Source: Scyliorhinus canicula
Lineage: Eukaryota
Direction: 5' to 3'
Length of the DNA stretch: 64,000 bases
NCBI RefSeq assembly: GCF_902713615.1
Contig: NC_052155.1
Location: 64,413,654 to 64,477,653, forward strand
Part shown: piece after piece, positions 1 through 13,284 of the stretch
Layout: each line of letters begins with the position of its first letter
Position numbering within the stretch: the stretch's first letter is position 1
Position numbers and translations under genes: made by a program
The notes under the pieces: generated by a model
What the model saw: the letters and a program-made list of their open reading frames with translations, nothing else
What the model was told of the DNA's origin: nothing
Databases searched by the model: none

Positions 1-400
1 TGAGTTTGGCTGTCCTAGACATTGACAGGAAAGTCTGCCAGTGCCAGGACAGTGCTCAGAGCTGAGGCTGATCCAGACCAGCATACACCCTTGTGCACAT
101 TCACTTTGGGAGACCTGGTGCACGTCCAGAACTTTTGTGAGGGTGCCACATGTATCCAGGGTGTTGTATTAGCCCAGACGGGACTAGTCTTGTATCGAAT
201 ATGGCTCAGGGACACGAATCTAATCAACGTGTGCATTATCTCCGTGGGCACATCCCTGACATGCCAGAATCAATTCCAATGGCTCCGGATCGGATCCAAC
301 TACAACTTGCATTGCCACCTCCACGGCAGATACAGCTGTTGACCCCGGTTGCACCAGCTGAGAAGAAACTGGATTCAGATGTTGAGGATACCGGATGAGG
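1..400 (+). mobile_element. Decayed Ty3/Gypsy integrase C-terminal fragment
   Basis: ORF 22-342 contains FTLGDLVHVQNFCEGATCIQGVVLAQTGLVLYRI, resembling the 'GDxVxVxN...W.PG.V....GP.SY' tail of Gypsy integrases; frameshifted and cut by the window edge. Confidence 0.6.
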
Positions 401-829
401 TCCTGCTAAGCTCCAATTCCAAGACGGACATGGAAATATTGCCACCGCTGGAGTGGTGCCCAATTGTCCATCCTTCCAGCGGGAGAACACACTGGTAAGA
501 ACATGTCTGGACCAATGTGCCATGCAAAAGTCAGGACTTAACTTGAGGGCTTGCTCACATCACAGACATCCAGGGATACGACGAGAGGCTTAAAGCTACT
601 GGACATTAGGAACACGTTGCCTGGAATGGTGGGTGCATTTTTATGTCCATGGTGCTTCTCGGAAGGTGGAAGGTCTCAACACAGCAGATTTGTTCATGTC
701 AAACTTGCTTCAGAACTTTAGGGTTTTTGCTAAGACTTTGTAGCATCTTCCAAGGTCTTCACTGACCTCTCCAACTTCCTTCGAAACTTCAGGGTCCTTA
801 CATTGGTACGGATGCAGAGAAGGGTTGGG

Positions 830-3800
830 GGTGGGGTGGGGAGACGGTCTTAGGGAGGGGGATGAAGCTGGAAGTGGGGGGAAGGTGAAAGTGTCGGGGG
901 TACGGAGCTGGGAATGGGGTGTTGAAGCTGGGAGTGGGGTTAAGCTGGAAGTGTGGGGATGACGCTGGGAGTGAGGGGACGAAGCTGGGAGTGGGGGATA
1001 AAGCTAGGAGTGGAGGGATGAAGCTGGGAGTGGGCGGCATGAAGCTGGAATGGGGAGATGAAGCTGGGACTGGACGGGTGAAGCAGGGAGTGGAGGGAAG
1101 TAGCTGGGAGTGGGGGGAGTTGAAGCTGGGAGTGTGGGGTTGAAGCTGGGAGTGGGGGGTTGAAGCTGGGGAGTGGTGGATGAAGTTCAGAGTGGGGGGG
1201 TAAAGCTGGGAGTGGGGGGGTAAAGCTGGGATGGGGAAATGAAACTGGGAGTGGAGGGGTGAAGCAGGGAGTGGAGGGAAGTAGCTGGGAGTGGGGGGTG
1301 TTGAAGCTCCTGTGGGGAGTTGAAGCTGGGAGTGGTGGATGAAGTTCAGTGGGGGTGAAGCTGGGAGTGGGGGGGTGAAGCTGGGAGTGGGGGGTTAAAG
1401 CTGGGTGTGGGGGGGGTTGAAGATGGGAGTGGTGGATGAAGCTGAGAGATGGTGGGGGTTGAAGCTGGGAGTGGGGGGTGAAGCAGGGAGTGGAGGGAAG
1501 TAGCTGGGAGTGGGGGGGGGGGGTTGAAGCTCGGAGTGGGGAGTTGAAGCTGGGAGTGGTGGATGAAGTTCAGAGTGGGGGTGAAGCTGGGAGTGGGGGG
1601 GGGGGGGTGAAGCTGGGAGTGGGGGGTTGAAGCTGGGTGTGGGGGGGTTGAAGCTGGGAGTGGGGGGTTGAAGATGGGAGTGGTGGATGAAGCTGAGAGA
1701 TGGTGGGGGTTGAAGCTGGGAGTGGGGGGGTGTGAAGCTGGGATGGGGAAATGAAACTGGGAGTTGAGGGCTGAAGCAGGAAGTGGAGGGAAGTAGCTGG
1801 GAGTGGGGGGTTGAAGCTCGGAGTGGGGGGTTGAAGCTGGGAGTGATGGATGAAGTTCAGAGCGGGGGTGAAGCTGGGAGTGGGGGGGGGGGTGAAGCTG
1901 GGAGTGGGGGGTTGAAGCTGGGTGTGGGGGTGAAGCTGGGAGTGGGGGGGTGAAGCTGGGAGTGGGGGGTTGAAGCTGGGTGTGGGGGGTGAAGCTGGGA
2001 GTGGTGGATGAAGCTGAGAGAGGGGGGGTTGAAGCTGGGAGTGGGGGGGGTGAAGCTGGGATGGGGAAGTGAACCTGGGAGTGGAGGGGTGAAGCAGGGA
2101 GTGGAGGGAAGTAGTTGGGAGTGGGGGTGATGAAGCTGGGAGTGGCGGGGTGAAGCTGGGAGTGGGGGATGAAGCTGGGAGTAGGGGGATGAAGCTGGGA
2201 GTGTGGGGTTGAAGCTGGGAGTGGTGGATGAAGTTCAGAGTGGGGGGGTGAAGCTGGGAGTGGGGGGGTGAAGCTGGGAGTGGGGGATGAAGCTGGGAGT
2301 AGGGGGATGAAGCTGGGAGTGGGAGGTTGAAACTGGGAGTGGTGGGATGAAGCTGGGAGTGGGGGAATGAAACTGGGAGTGGTGGGATGAAGCTGGGAGT
2401 GGCGGAATGAAACTGGGAGTGGTGGGATGAAACTGGGAGTGGTGGGATTAAGCTGGGACTGGGGGTACAAAAGTGGGAAGGGGGGATGAAACTGGGAGTG
2501 GTGGGATGAAACTGGGAGTGTGGGATGAAACTGGGATGGGGGGATGAAACTGGGAGTGGTGGGATGAAACAGGGTCCGGGGGGACAAAAGTGGGAGTGGG
2601 GGGATGAAACTGGGAGTGGTGGGATGAAACTGGGACTGGAGGGGATGAAACTGGGAGTGGGGGGTTGAAGCTGGGTGTGGGGGTGAAGCTGGGAGTGGGG
2701 GGGTGAAGCTGGGAGTGGGGGGTTGAAGCTGGGTGTGGGGGGTGAAGCTGGGAGTGGTGGATGAAGCTGAGAGAGGGGGGGTTGAAGCTGGGAGTGGGGG
2801 GGGTGAAGCTGGGATGGGGAAGTGAACCTGGGAGTGGAGGGGTGAAGCAGGGAGTGGAGGGAAGTAGTTGGGAGTGGGGGTGATGAAGCTGGGAGTGGCG
2901 GGGTGAAGCTGGGAGTGGGGGATGAAGCTGGGAGTAGGGGGATGAAGCTGGGAGTGTGGGGTTGAAGCTGGGAATGGTGGATGAAGTTCAGAGTGGGGGT
3001 GAAGCTGGGAGTGGGGGGGGGGGTGAAGCTGGGAGTGGGGGGGGTGAAGCTGGGAGTGGGGGATGAAGCTGGGAGTAGGGGGATGAAGCTGGGAGTGGGA
3101 GGTTGAAACTGGGAGTGGTGGGATGAAGCTGGGAGTGGGGGAATGAAACTGGGAGTGGTGGGATGAAGCTGGGAGTGGCGGAATGAAACTGGGAGTGGTG
3201 GGATGAAACTGGGAGTGGTGGGATTAAGCTGGGACTGGGGGTACAAAAGTGGGAAGGGGGGATGAAACTGGGAGTGGTGGGATGAAACTGGGAGTGTGGG
3301 ATGAAACTGGGATGGGGGGATGAAACTGGGAGTGGTGGGATGAAACAGGGTCCGGGGGGACAAAAGTGGGAGTGGGGGGATGAAACTGGGAGTGGTGGGA
3401 TGAAACTGGGACTGGAGGGGATGAAACTGGGAGTGGGGGGATGAAACTGGGTGTGGGGGGGATGAAACTGGGAGTGGGAGATGAAACTGGGAGTGGGAGA
3501 TGAAACTGGGAGTGGGGGGATGAAACTGGGAGTGGGGGAGATGAAACTGGGAGTGGGGGGATGAAACTGGGAGTGGGAGATGAAACTGGGAGTGGGGGGA
3601 TGAAGCTGGGAGTGGAGGGTTGAAGCTGGGAGTGGGGGGGATGAAACTGGGAGTGGGAGATGAAACTGGGAGTGGGAGATGAAACTGGGAGTGGGAGATG
3701 AAACTGGGAGTGGGGGGATGAAACTGGGAGTGGAGGGTGGAAGCTGGGAGTGGGGGGGATGAAGCTGGGAGTGGGGGGGGTGAAGCTGGGAGTGGTGGGA

Positions 3801-3990
3801 TGAAGCTGGGAGTGGGAGATGAAACTGGGAGTGGGAGATGAAACTGGGAGTGGGGGGGTGAAGCTGGGAGTGGGGGAATGAAACTGGGAGTGGGTGGATG
3901 AAGCTGGGAGTGGGGGGGGGGGGTGAAGCTGGGAGTGGGGGGTGAAGCTCAGAGTGGGGGGATGAAGGTGTCAGGAGGGATGAAGCTGAA
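830..3990 (+). repeat. G-rich minisatellite, ~19-23 bp unit TGAA(G/A)CTGGGAGTGGGGGG(N), with higher-order duplication
   Basis: Unit visible throughout; the rare variant ACAGGGTCCGGGGGGACAAAAGTGGG recurs at ~2569 and ~3345 (776 bp apart), and AAGCTGAGAGAGG at 2011 and 2764. Confidence 0.97.
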
Positions 3991-4204
3991 GGGGAGAGCT
4001 CAGATGGCTGAAGGTGTTTGGGGAGAGGAAGGATGCAACTGTGGAGGTTGCTGTTCCGGGGGAGGAAGAGTAAGAGAGAGGATCAGACTGGTAAAGGATA
4101 TCGGGGGAAGCAATGAGTAAAGGAAAGAGTACGGACTGATGAAGGAGTTGGAGAGGAAGTAGCAATGGGGTGGAAGGAGTATGGGGGGTGGACAAATGTG
4201 AAGG

Positions 4205-4836
4205 GGACAAAAACAGAAAATGCTGGACAATCTCTGCATGTTTGACAGCCTATGTGGAGAGAGATGGAGATTGTTGTGTTATGTACTCTGGGCTAACACA
4301 GGCTGCAAATGGATGCAGCTTTAACCAAAAGATACTCCAGACCTTGAAGTTAGTTCAATCTGATTTATTGAACCAGTAGCACAGTTAGCTCAGTTCTCTA
4401 TGAGTTTAACTCTCTGCTAACCTAAGTGTGGTTACTCTGTCTGACTGAACCAGACTAGCTCTTAGCCACATGCTGGAGGTGTGATACTGTACATACACCC
4501 TGACTTACTCTGTAGATGTTCATCAGTGGAAAGAGGCAGAGCGTGAGTGCCTCATGCCTTTTATAGTGAGATACCACCCCTGAGTGTCCTGCCTGCTCAT
4601 TGGTCATGTCCTGTTCTCTGTGTTCATTAGCTGCATGTCTGCCTGTCTGTATATCATTATCTTCATGTCTGCATATCATTATCTGCATGTCTGCATATCA
4701 TGACAGAGATAACCTTCTGAGTCTGGATATCTCTTTGTCAAAACAGATTCTCTCTCCACAGATGCTGTCAGATGTGATGAGAGTGTCCAGCATTTTCTGC
4801 TTTTGTTTCAGATTCCAGCATCCACAGTAATTTGCT
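4205..4836. mobile_element. Penelope-like terminal inverted-repeat (hairpin) remnant, split by a solo LTR
   Basis: AAAAACAGAAAATGCTGGACAATCTC...TGTGGAGAGAGA (~4209-4264) is the imperfect reverse complement of TCTCTCTCCACAGATGCTG...TCCAGCATTTTCTGCTTTTG (~4749-4805); resembles shark PLE terminal repeats. Confidence 0.65.
4272..4705 (-). mobile_element. Solo LTR (434 bp)
   Basis: TGT...ACA termini; 5-bp TSD GAGAT at 4267-4271 and 4706-4710; TATAAAA (~4560) and AATAAA (~4364) on the minus strand. Confidence 0.85.
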
Positions 4837-4839
4837 GTT

Positions 4840-5325
4840 ATCAAAAGTGCAAGGGAGGTATTTATAGAGTCATTGTTTGCTTCCTGGGAAGTGAACTGAT
4901 GGTGGGCATGGTTGGATAGAATGGTGAGTGTGAGAGGGAGAAGAGTTAGCCAGTAGGGTGGGAGGGTGAGAATGCAGCATTAGCAGTAGAAGGGTGACGA
5001 GAGTGGTTGGTGGGGACTTGGAGGCAAACACAGACCCTGGGGATAGGAAGTAGAAGGTCATGAAAGTCAATGTGGATGTGGGCGCAGTGTTCAGAGAGGT
5101 AGGGAATGTACACGCTGACCGGGACATTGTTGAAGAGGAAGGTTTGGGGTTGAGGGGTAACAGAGAGGAGGTCAGGTGATGCCAACAGGCTTATGGTGAT
5201 TGGGGATAGGGGATAGGTGACAGGACATGGGTGATGGGGGAGGAGAAATGAGAGGAGAGCTAATGAAAAACCTCACAATACTCATCTTACCAAAAGCGAT
5301 GGTACAGGAGGCCCTCACAAAGCCT
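4840..5325 (-). mobile_element. Highly degenerate retroelement coding remnant, possibly Penelope RT
   Basis: Purine-rich plus strand next to the PLE hairpin; only weak peptide resemblance. Confidence 0.3.
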
Positions 5326-5329
5326 AGAT

Positions 5330-5634
5330 TTAAATATATAATCTTTATTGTCACAAGTAGGCTTACATTAACATTGCAATGAAGTTACTGTGAAAAGCCC
5401 CTAGTCGCCACATTCCGGCACCTGTTCGGTACACAGAGGGAAAATTCAGAATGTCCAAATTACCTAAAAGCACATTTTTCAGGACTTGTGGGAGGAAACC
5501 AGAGCCACCGGAGAAAACTCACAAAGACACAGGGAGAACGTGCAGACTCCGCACAGACAGTGACCCAAGCCAGGAATCGAACCTGGGATCCTGGAGCTGT
5601 GAAGCAACAGTGCTAACCAATGTGCTACCATGCC
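5330..5634 (-). mobile_element. tRNA-derived V-SINE (HE1-like), tail type GCCTACTTGTGACAATAAAG
   Basis: Minus strand: A-box GGTAGCACATTGGTTAGC, B-box GGTTCGATTCC, V-domain GTGGAGTCTGCACGTTCTCCC...GGTTTCCTCCCACA-like. Confidence 0.9.
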
Positions 5635-6084
5635 TATATAATGATGCTTAAAGATAATACTGGCCATTATTTAGTGACAGTGTGAATATATTTACATATA
5701 ATACTGCAATTATGTTCACCGTGCAACCACTTGTGATCAATATTTCTTTATGTTCCTTGGCCTACTACCTTCTTCAAAGTGCTGTTCTGACATCCGCATG
5801 AGGGGTGGAGGCAGTGTGTGGAATTGTCAGCCCTGTTTCCTTTGATGACTTCTGTGGCTGTGCTGTGGAGCATGGAGGCCTGGAGGGCTCCGGCTGACTT
5901 TGGCTTCCCACCAATGGGCCAGCTGCTTCTGCAGTGGCGACAGAGGGCGAGGCTAAAGAGGTCACAGGATGAGTTAAAATTGGAAGGAGCGGACAATCTT
6001 TGAGAGTCCTGAGTGGATGTCCCAAACATGTCCGGCTGCTACTCCTCCTCCTGGCCCAAGGGATGTTCAGATGCATAGATGCAT

Positions 6085-6140
6085 AGATACATAGAAGATA
6101 GGAGCAGGAGGAGGCCTTTTGGCCCTTCAAGCCTGCTCTG
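6085..6140 (-). mobile_element. CR1 LINE extreme 3' end fragment
   Basis: CATAGAAGATAGGAGCAGGAGGAGGCC matches the CR1 3' end at ~41015-41045. Confidence 0.6.
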
Positions 6141-8457
6141 GGGGGGGGGGGTGGGGTTAATTGGGGTGTTGTCAGGTCATGAAGGGGGTCGGTGGTTAGT
6201 CTGGCTAGTCGGGGGTAGTCGAGATGTGGGGTGTAGTCGTAAGAGCTGGTGGGATAGTCAGGGGGTGGGGAGGTAGTCAGGGGGTCCGGTCGGGGTCAGG
6301 GGTAGTGGGTCCGTATTTAAGTTACCAACACGTCGGACGTGATTTTAATCCTTCTAATTTTGGGGGGAAAACCATATGAAGTCTCCGATTTAAATTATAG
6401 TATCGGATGGTTCCCAGTGCAGGGAAATTACCCATTGGAAGTTTAAACTTCCCAAGCAAATCTTGTGCAGTCCTTGCATAGATACCTGTGGGGTGGAGGA
6501 CAGGGACGACCCAAGTGCATCAATTGGGCTTCCTCCTGGGTACAATGCCCCTGAGATCGAAAGTATAAAATATGGTCACCACACTTTTGTTTCCAAAGAA
6601 TATTACAGCAAGCACCCTTACCTCAACAGCCTCAGCGATTGTTGTTCTTGATAAACTTTTGAGGCTGTGCACACAGTTTGATTTGATCTGGTTTCGTAAA
6701 TAGCAATTTGAGCTTTCTGATTCTGTATTTCAATCTGGAGGACCTGAATTAGAACCAACTCTACAAACTAAGGTTGGGGTTTCACCTTGGTGACAATCAT
6801 CAAGCCTGATTTTGAAAACTGGACCGAGGGTAACGATGCATGAAATAACGATTCAGTAAAGTCCTCAAAACGTACATCACACTTCACTCTGGTTGATTAA
6901 TGATGAGCCAAAAGTCATACTGACTGAAAATGTATTGATTTGTTTTTATTCATCTCACCACTCTGGTGGTCACAGCTGATCAGCAATATGATTTGTAAAT
7001 TGTATGTTTTATCTTTTGCTCCTCACTATTGAAACAAGAAAAGACAGCCCAGGAAAATCTCCAAATAAAAATGTTGTCAACAATAAGAGCTAAATAATAA
7101 TCCCACATGTTCTTAGCTCATCACCAAATTAATGTATCATAATAAGATTTTTCAATGGCAATAAAAACTTTTTCAAATTCATAATTACATCAATTTAAAT
7201 TTATTTGAGTTATATCGTTGATTTCCTGATACTTGTTTGGTAATTTCTGTTAGGCATTGTTTATCATGAGCATGATATTGGCAGCTATTTCTCTTATATT
7301 TTTAGCCAACAATTAAAGCTGCTTCTATATTTATTTGCTAGTTTTACTCGCAACTTAATGCTGCACAAATAATACTGTGATCGAACCATCACCAAATCAT
7401 ACCAGTCTTCAAAGAAACTTTTCTATTGACTTAATTTGAGTATAAATTCTGAGACAGTTGAAATCAGTTTTCCACTCCATTCATTCCTTTTATTCTGTAA
7501 CGATATGCTCTACATCTGAACTCATCGACTGCAAATTAATCCTTTTATTTAAATGACAAATTCCCATGTGTTTCATATATCTAAAAACTACACTCACTGG
7601 AATAAGCCTCTACAAGATCAGAGTCACGGAGATAATAACAGAGGTGATTTATGCCCTGTCTAAAATCACAATAGATCGGGCATCAGATGATGACTAGGAT
7701 TTTTCAATGGCAATGTCTATGACTCACAAGGAAAAGCAAGTTTGGTTTTGAGTCTGCACAATCAATGGTGATTGGCAATAAAGTTAATAAGATTGGCTAA
7801 CAGTTTTCAGCCCACTTGATACAGTGTGAGGATGAAGGGCTCAAATTTGCTTTTAATTAGTGGGCTATCCGTGAAGCAACAGAACTGCTGAAAATGGATT
7901 TGCTGTCACTGGGATAGATGGAAGGTTTGTGCAGCAGGATTTAAAACAACCAATTAAAGGGACACATGTCCTTCTGGAGAGCAATAGACAGGAGCGGACA
8001 GCAATCAAGACAGAACAGCAATCTCAATGGTGTCAGCAGCTAGATGAACTCTGAAGTTCACAGGTGTATCCAAAGAGTTCTGATGCATCTGAACAGAAGT
8101 CAGGGCCAGAAGAACAAGACTATTGGGCACTGAGGGTCAGAAAGCCCTTCAAAGTTTAGTTGAATCACTGTAGAGAAAAGTGGAAAAGTTAGTGAGTACT
8201 ATTTTCAGCACCTCAATAACTTAAACATTACAGAAAGAGGTACAATTACATCAAAGGGGGCTCCAAGGCATGTCAAATTATTGTTGCCAATCCAGGTTTT
8301 GTCCCAATGATCGAGATTTTAATCTACTCTTTGTCTATCATAATCTAGTCTTGCTAAATAGGTATTAAATAAACGCAGCTATGCAAAACACAACCCCTAC
8401 AAACACCATCATTATTCAAAATCACTAAGATAACTCACAAGGGAATTCTGCTAGTTG

Positions 8458-8669
8458 GATAGAATCATAGAATGCCTACAGTGCAGAAGGAGGCCATTTG
8501 GCCAATCGAATCTCTACCGACCTTTGGGAAGAACACCTTACTTAGGCCCAGCACCCGTAGGAAATCCGTGCAGACACGAGGAGAAAGTGCAAACTCCACA
8601 CAGTCATCCAAACCGGAATTGAACCCGGATCCCTGGTGCTGTGAGACAGCAGTGCTAACCACTGTGCCA
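8458..8669 (-). mobile_element. V-SINE (HE1-like), internally deleted, CR1-type tail
   Basis: Head GGCACAGTGGTTAGCACTGCTGTCTCACAG and tail CTTCTGCACTGTAGGCATTCTATG on the minus strand. Confidence 0.85.
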
Positions 8670-9292
8670 TGAACACTTTTTAATAAGACAAAGCAGCATT
8701 CGTACATTTGGGGAAGTCTTCATGCTACTCTTGTTTGCTCCCTCCGAAAGAGATGCTCACCTGCATCTATTGTTGGAGTAATGCCATTGGAGAAGGAGCT
8801 CCATCGAGTCTACATGATGAGGAGACATTTGACATGACAGGCTGAAATGTAGAGATTCTGTAAGAGTATTGAGCTTTGTGCCTTTTCTCAAAGTATTGCA
8901 ATGGAACCAAATTCAGTCCCCATTTAGTCAATGGAGAATGTTAACTGGGGTTTTCTGTTTTTCATCTTGCCATGGGTGAGGGAGAGAGAATGAAGTTGTT
9001 GGGGCCATGCAAGAAGTGGGGAGCCATAATGAAGACCAGTGAGGAGCTTTTAGATATGAAAATATTGGCATGTCCAGCGACATAATCCACTAAATCCATC
9101 AACTCACTGACTGCAGGATCAACCCATCACCACCACCCAGTCTTTGTAATTCGAGATTTTCACTGGGTGAAGCAGAGAGACCTCGAGGATCTGGAAGCGG
9201 AAGGGAGAGAATGTGCTGCTCCTCCATTGAGGGGGCAGAAGCAGCCATCTTTGGATGAGGAATCAACCTAGCTTCAAAAAATACTTTGAAAT

Positions 9293-9703
9293 TGTAGTGA
9301 TATTCAGATATCAATATACATGATCAATGTATGTAAATGTAGTATATCATTTCAACACTAGATGGCTCACAGTCTGATACTATAAGAACTAGTTTCCCAC
9401 CTTTTCTAAGTCAGATGATGCAGACGATGATGTGTTCAGAACCGTGAACAAGCAAGACATAGAATAGATGGAGTGAGAGAAGTTAGAACTAGTGTGTTAT
9501 AATAGTTTATAGTTATATAGTTATCTGTATTGTACTTTAATTCTTTATTGTTAGTTTAGTATTGAGTAAAACGACTCACAGTTTATTATTTTATTACTCA
9601 TTAAATAGTTAATCTTTCAACAAGAAGGCTATTGGTCATTTTATCATCCTGGTGGATTCAATAGTATATATATTTTAGATAAGTAATTATTTAAAATATA
9701 ACA
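9293..9703 (+). repeat. 5' LTR of Gypsy element
   Basis: Direct repeat of 15102-15516, followed by the TGG PBS. Confidence 0.95.
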
Positions 9704-12700
9704 TGGTACCAGCATGTAATACATCTTTTAAGAAAGACTAACAAAGATTTAGCATAGAAAAGGAGGAAGAAAAAAAGCACAAACGGAGTCAACTATTCGA
9801 CTATAGCAATCATCGCAACTTTGAAAACTTCGACACAAACGACCTATCAATGGAACAAGTTCAAGCACCAAGACATCTAAAGACCACTGGTAATTCAAAT
9901 TTAAATTGGAAGTCGTTCAGGCAGCAATTTCAACTTTACCTGGAAGCTAGTGATTTAAGTGCTGCACCAGAAGCTAGAAGGATTGTGTTATTTCTATCCC
10001 TTGCAGGACAGCAAGCAATCAAAATATTCAATTCATTTCATTTTAGTGCTGGTGAAGATAACACTAAATTTGATCAAGTGATAGCGAAGTTTGATGAACA
10101 TTGTAAAATGCAGACAAATGAGACTTTAGAGCGACTGAAATTTCATCGGAGAATTCAAAAAACTGGTGAACCTATGAACAATTTTATCACAGATCTAAAG
10201 CTCTTAGCTAAAACGTGTAACTATGAAAATCTGCATGATTCACTTGTCAGAGACCAAATAGTGTATGGTGATGATAATGTCAGAGAAGCGTTAATTCATC
10301 AGAATGATTTAACTCTACAAATCGCGATTGACAAATGTACAGCAGCAGAACAGACCAGAAGCCAGTATCTAGCATTTTATCCAAAGGAAAAATGTGTGAA
10401 TCTCTACCACAAGGCAGAGAAAATTAAAATGGTGTCGCAAGCAAAGCAGAATTCTGTAAGGAACGGAAGTTATCCTCTGCAAGCATTTTCGAACTCTGCA
10501 CATGCGCACTATGCACCAAAATGAGAGCCATTCAAGTAGAAGTCTGCTCATGCATGTACATCACAATTACTTCATAACAACAATGTAATGACGTGTCACA
10601 AATGTGGTAACATCCACTTAAAGGGAAAATGTCCATCTTTTGGCAAACAATGTTTAAAATGTCAGAAACTCAACCATTATGCTTCACAGTGGCAATCGAC
10701 TGCTAAATACATTCCTCTTACACACAAAAAGAATCACAAAGTACGAGCTGTGGACAAAACAGAAGAAATCAACACTCAAGAAGATTTCACGGAAGATGAC
10801 AATATTTTCTCATTAGAAAATACTTTCTTCGTTGGTGTAGTTGATTCGACCATCAAGCATGATCTACAAGCAAGCGAGGATCATCTTAAGACAATGAAGT
10901 TACCTCATCAAGAGTATGAGAAAAATCTTCAAGCAACGGAAGAACAAAAAGTCAACATAGTAAGCAACGAATGGATGACTACTGTGTATGTTAACACAAT
11001 TCCAATCACATTTAAATTGGATACCAGCGCCTCGGCAAATCGTTTGAATTCCAAGGATCTGTCAAAGATCAAGAGTCATTATGAAATGATTCCTCCAGAA
11101 TGCTCATTGCGTGATTACAATGGCAACCCCATTTTTTCACATGAATCCTGCACCCTAAGTGTCACAAACAGAGACATTCAACAACAAGTAAGGTTTGAGA
11201 TTGCCAATGATACTCGTTCATCATTACTTGGAGCACAAGCATGCAAAGATTTGCAACTCATACAGAGAATCGTCATAAATACCTGTCAGTCAAGTGCACT
11301 CAATGATGATATTCAGCAACTCTTACAGCAATACCCAAATGTTCTTCAAGGTATGGGCACGTTACCTTTTCAGTACAAAATCCAACTGAAAAAGGATACC
11401 AAATCGGTGATCCATCTGCCTAGACATGTTCCTGCTCCATTTAAAGATCGACTGAAAGCTGAATTGTCAAGACTTCAAACTCAAGGAATAATCTCTAAGG
11501 TTACTCCACCTACTGACTGGGTAAGCTCCCTAGTCTGTGTCAAGAAACCTACAGGTGAAATAAGAATCTGTATGGACCCAAAAGATCTCAATAAAAGTAT
11601 CAAGAGAGAGCATTATCCAAAACCAAAGGAAGAAGATATCACTGCTGAGATGGCAAATGGTAAAATATTTACCAAGCTTGATGCGTCTCAAGGATTTTGG
11701 CAGATGCAGTTAGAAGACTCCAGCAAACTTCTTTATACTTTTAATGCACCTTTTGGAAGATACTGTTTCAATTGGATGCCTTTTGGTATCGTATCTGCTT
11801 CTGAAATTTTTCACAGAACAATAGAACAGATGACCGAGAACATAGAAGGAATTTGGGTTTATGTTGACGACATAATCGTCTGGTCAACAACATCTGAAGA
11901 GCATATCAAGCGTCTTCAGGAGGTTTTCCAAAGAATTGACAACTATGGTTTAGAGCTAAACAAGGCCAAGTGCATGTTTGCGGCCTCATCTTTAAAATTA
12001 CTAGGAGACAACATAATGGCTGAAGGCATTAAACCAGATCAAGACAAAGTGCAAGCAATCAAGGCAATGCAAATTCCCAAATTTAAGAAGGCTGTCTAAT
12101 GCTTTCTCAACTTTGTCAACTTTCTAGGAGAGTTCATTTCAAATCTATCCACAAGAACAACTGCTCTACGTCAATTGATCAGAAAGAACAGAGAATTAAT
12201 CTGGACTGACAAACAGACTGCAGAATGGACTGATTTGAAAGAACAATTGATGCAAGCTCCATGCTTATCATTCTTTGATCCTACAAAACCAACTAGAGTT
12301 TCAACCGATGCAAGTAAAAATGTCATTGGTGCTGTTTTACTGCAACAAGACCGTTTTGATAATTGGTTTCCTATTACCTATGCGCCAAGATCAATGACTG
12401 ACACTGAGTGTAGATAGGCCCAAATCGAAAAAGAGTGTCTCGGGTTAGTCACGGGGATTTCCAAATTCCATGACTACATATATGGTCTACCCAAATTCAC
12501 AGTGGAAACTGACCATTGTCCTCTAGTACACATCATAGAACAAAACTTAAATGACATGACTCCCAGACTGCAAAGTTTAATGATGAAATTGAGAAGATAC
12601 GATTTCACACTGAAGTATACAGCAGGTTAAGCATTAGTTATTGCTGATGCTTTATCCAGGTCAATCAACACTGACATTCTCCAAGAAGAATCCATCAATG

Positions 12701-12933
12701 GTGTTGATTCACATTTGCAACAATTCAAAGAATCACTACCTGTATCAGATGTCAAATTTCAGCAAATTTGCATTGAAACACAGAAAGATACCACGTTGAT
12801 GAAAGTTATGAAACATCTTCAAAAAGGATGGCCCAAAGGCAATTGTCCGCAATATCAATCCATTCAGTCAGAGCTGACTATTGTAGATGGTATACTGCTG
12901 AGACAAGATCGCATTGTAATTCCACAAAGCATG

Positions 12934-13284
12934 GTGCAGCACGGTAGCATGGTGGTTAGCATAAATGCTTCACAGCTCCAGGGTCCCAGGTTCGATTCCC
13001 GGCTGGGTCACTGTCTGTGTGGAGTCTGCACGTCCTCCCCGTGTGTGCGTGGGTTTCCTCCGGGTGCTCCGGTTTCCTCCCACAGTCCAAAGATGTGCGG
13101 GTTAGGTGGATTGGCCATGCTAAATTGCCCGTAGTGTCCTAAAAAGTAAGGTTAAGGGGGGGGTTGTTGGGTTACGGGTATAGGGTGGATACGTGGGTTT
13201 GAGTAGGATGATCATTGCTCGGCACAACATCGAGGGCTGAAGGGCCTGTTCTGTACTGTACTGTTCTATGTTCTATGTTCTATG
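12934..13284 (+). mobile_element. Full-length V-SINE (HE1-like) inserted into Gypsy pol
   Basis: GCAGCACGGTAGCATGGTGGTTAGC...GGTTCGATTCCC...(TTCTATG)3; removing it restores ...IVIPQSM|CSELLSRLHEGH. Confidence 0.93.

Noticed and set aside
1346-3363. Long Pro/Ser/His-rich ORFs (413 and 597 aa) on the minus strand
   Set aside because: They are translations of the stop-poor C-rich strand of the minisatellite, open in several frames and lacking real ATG starts.
830-3990. CRISPR-like or telomeric array
   Set aside because: There are no unique spacers and no cas genes, the context is eukaryotic, and the unit is not TTAGGG.
12934-13010. tRNA genes at SINE heads (A and B boxes)
   Set aside because: No complete cloverleaf; each head continues into a V-domain or Deu-domain SINE body.
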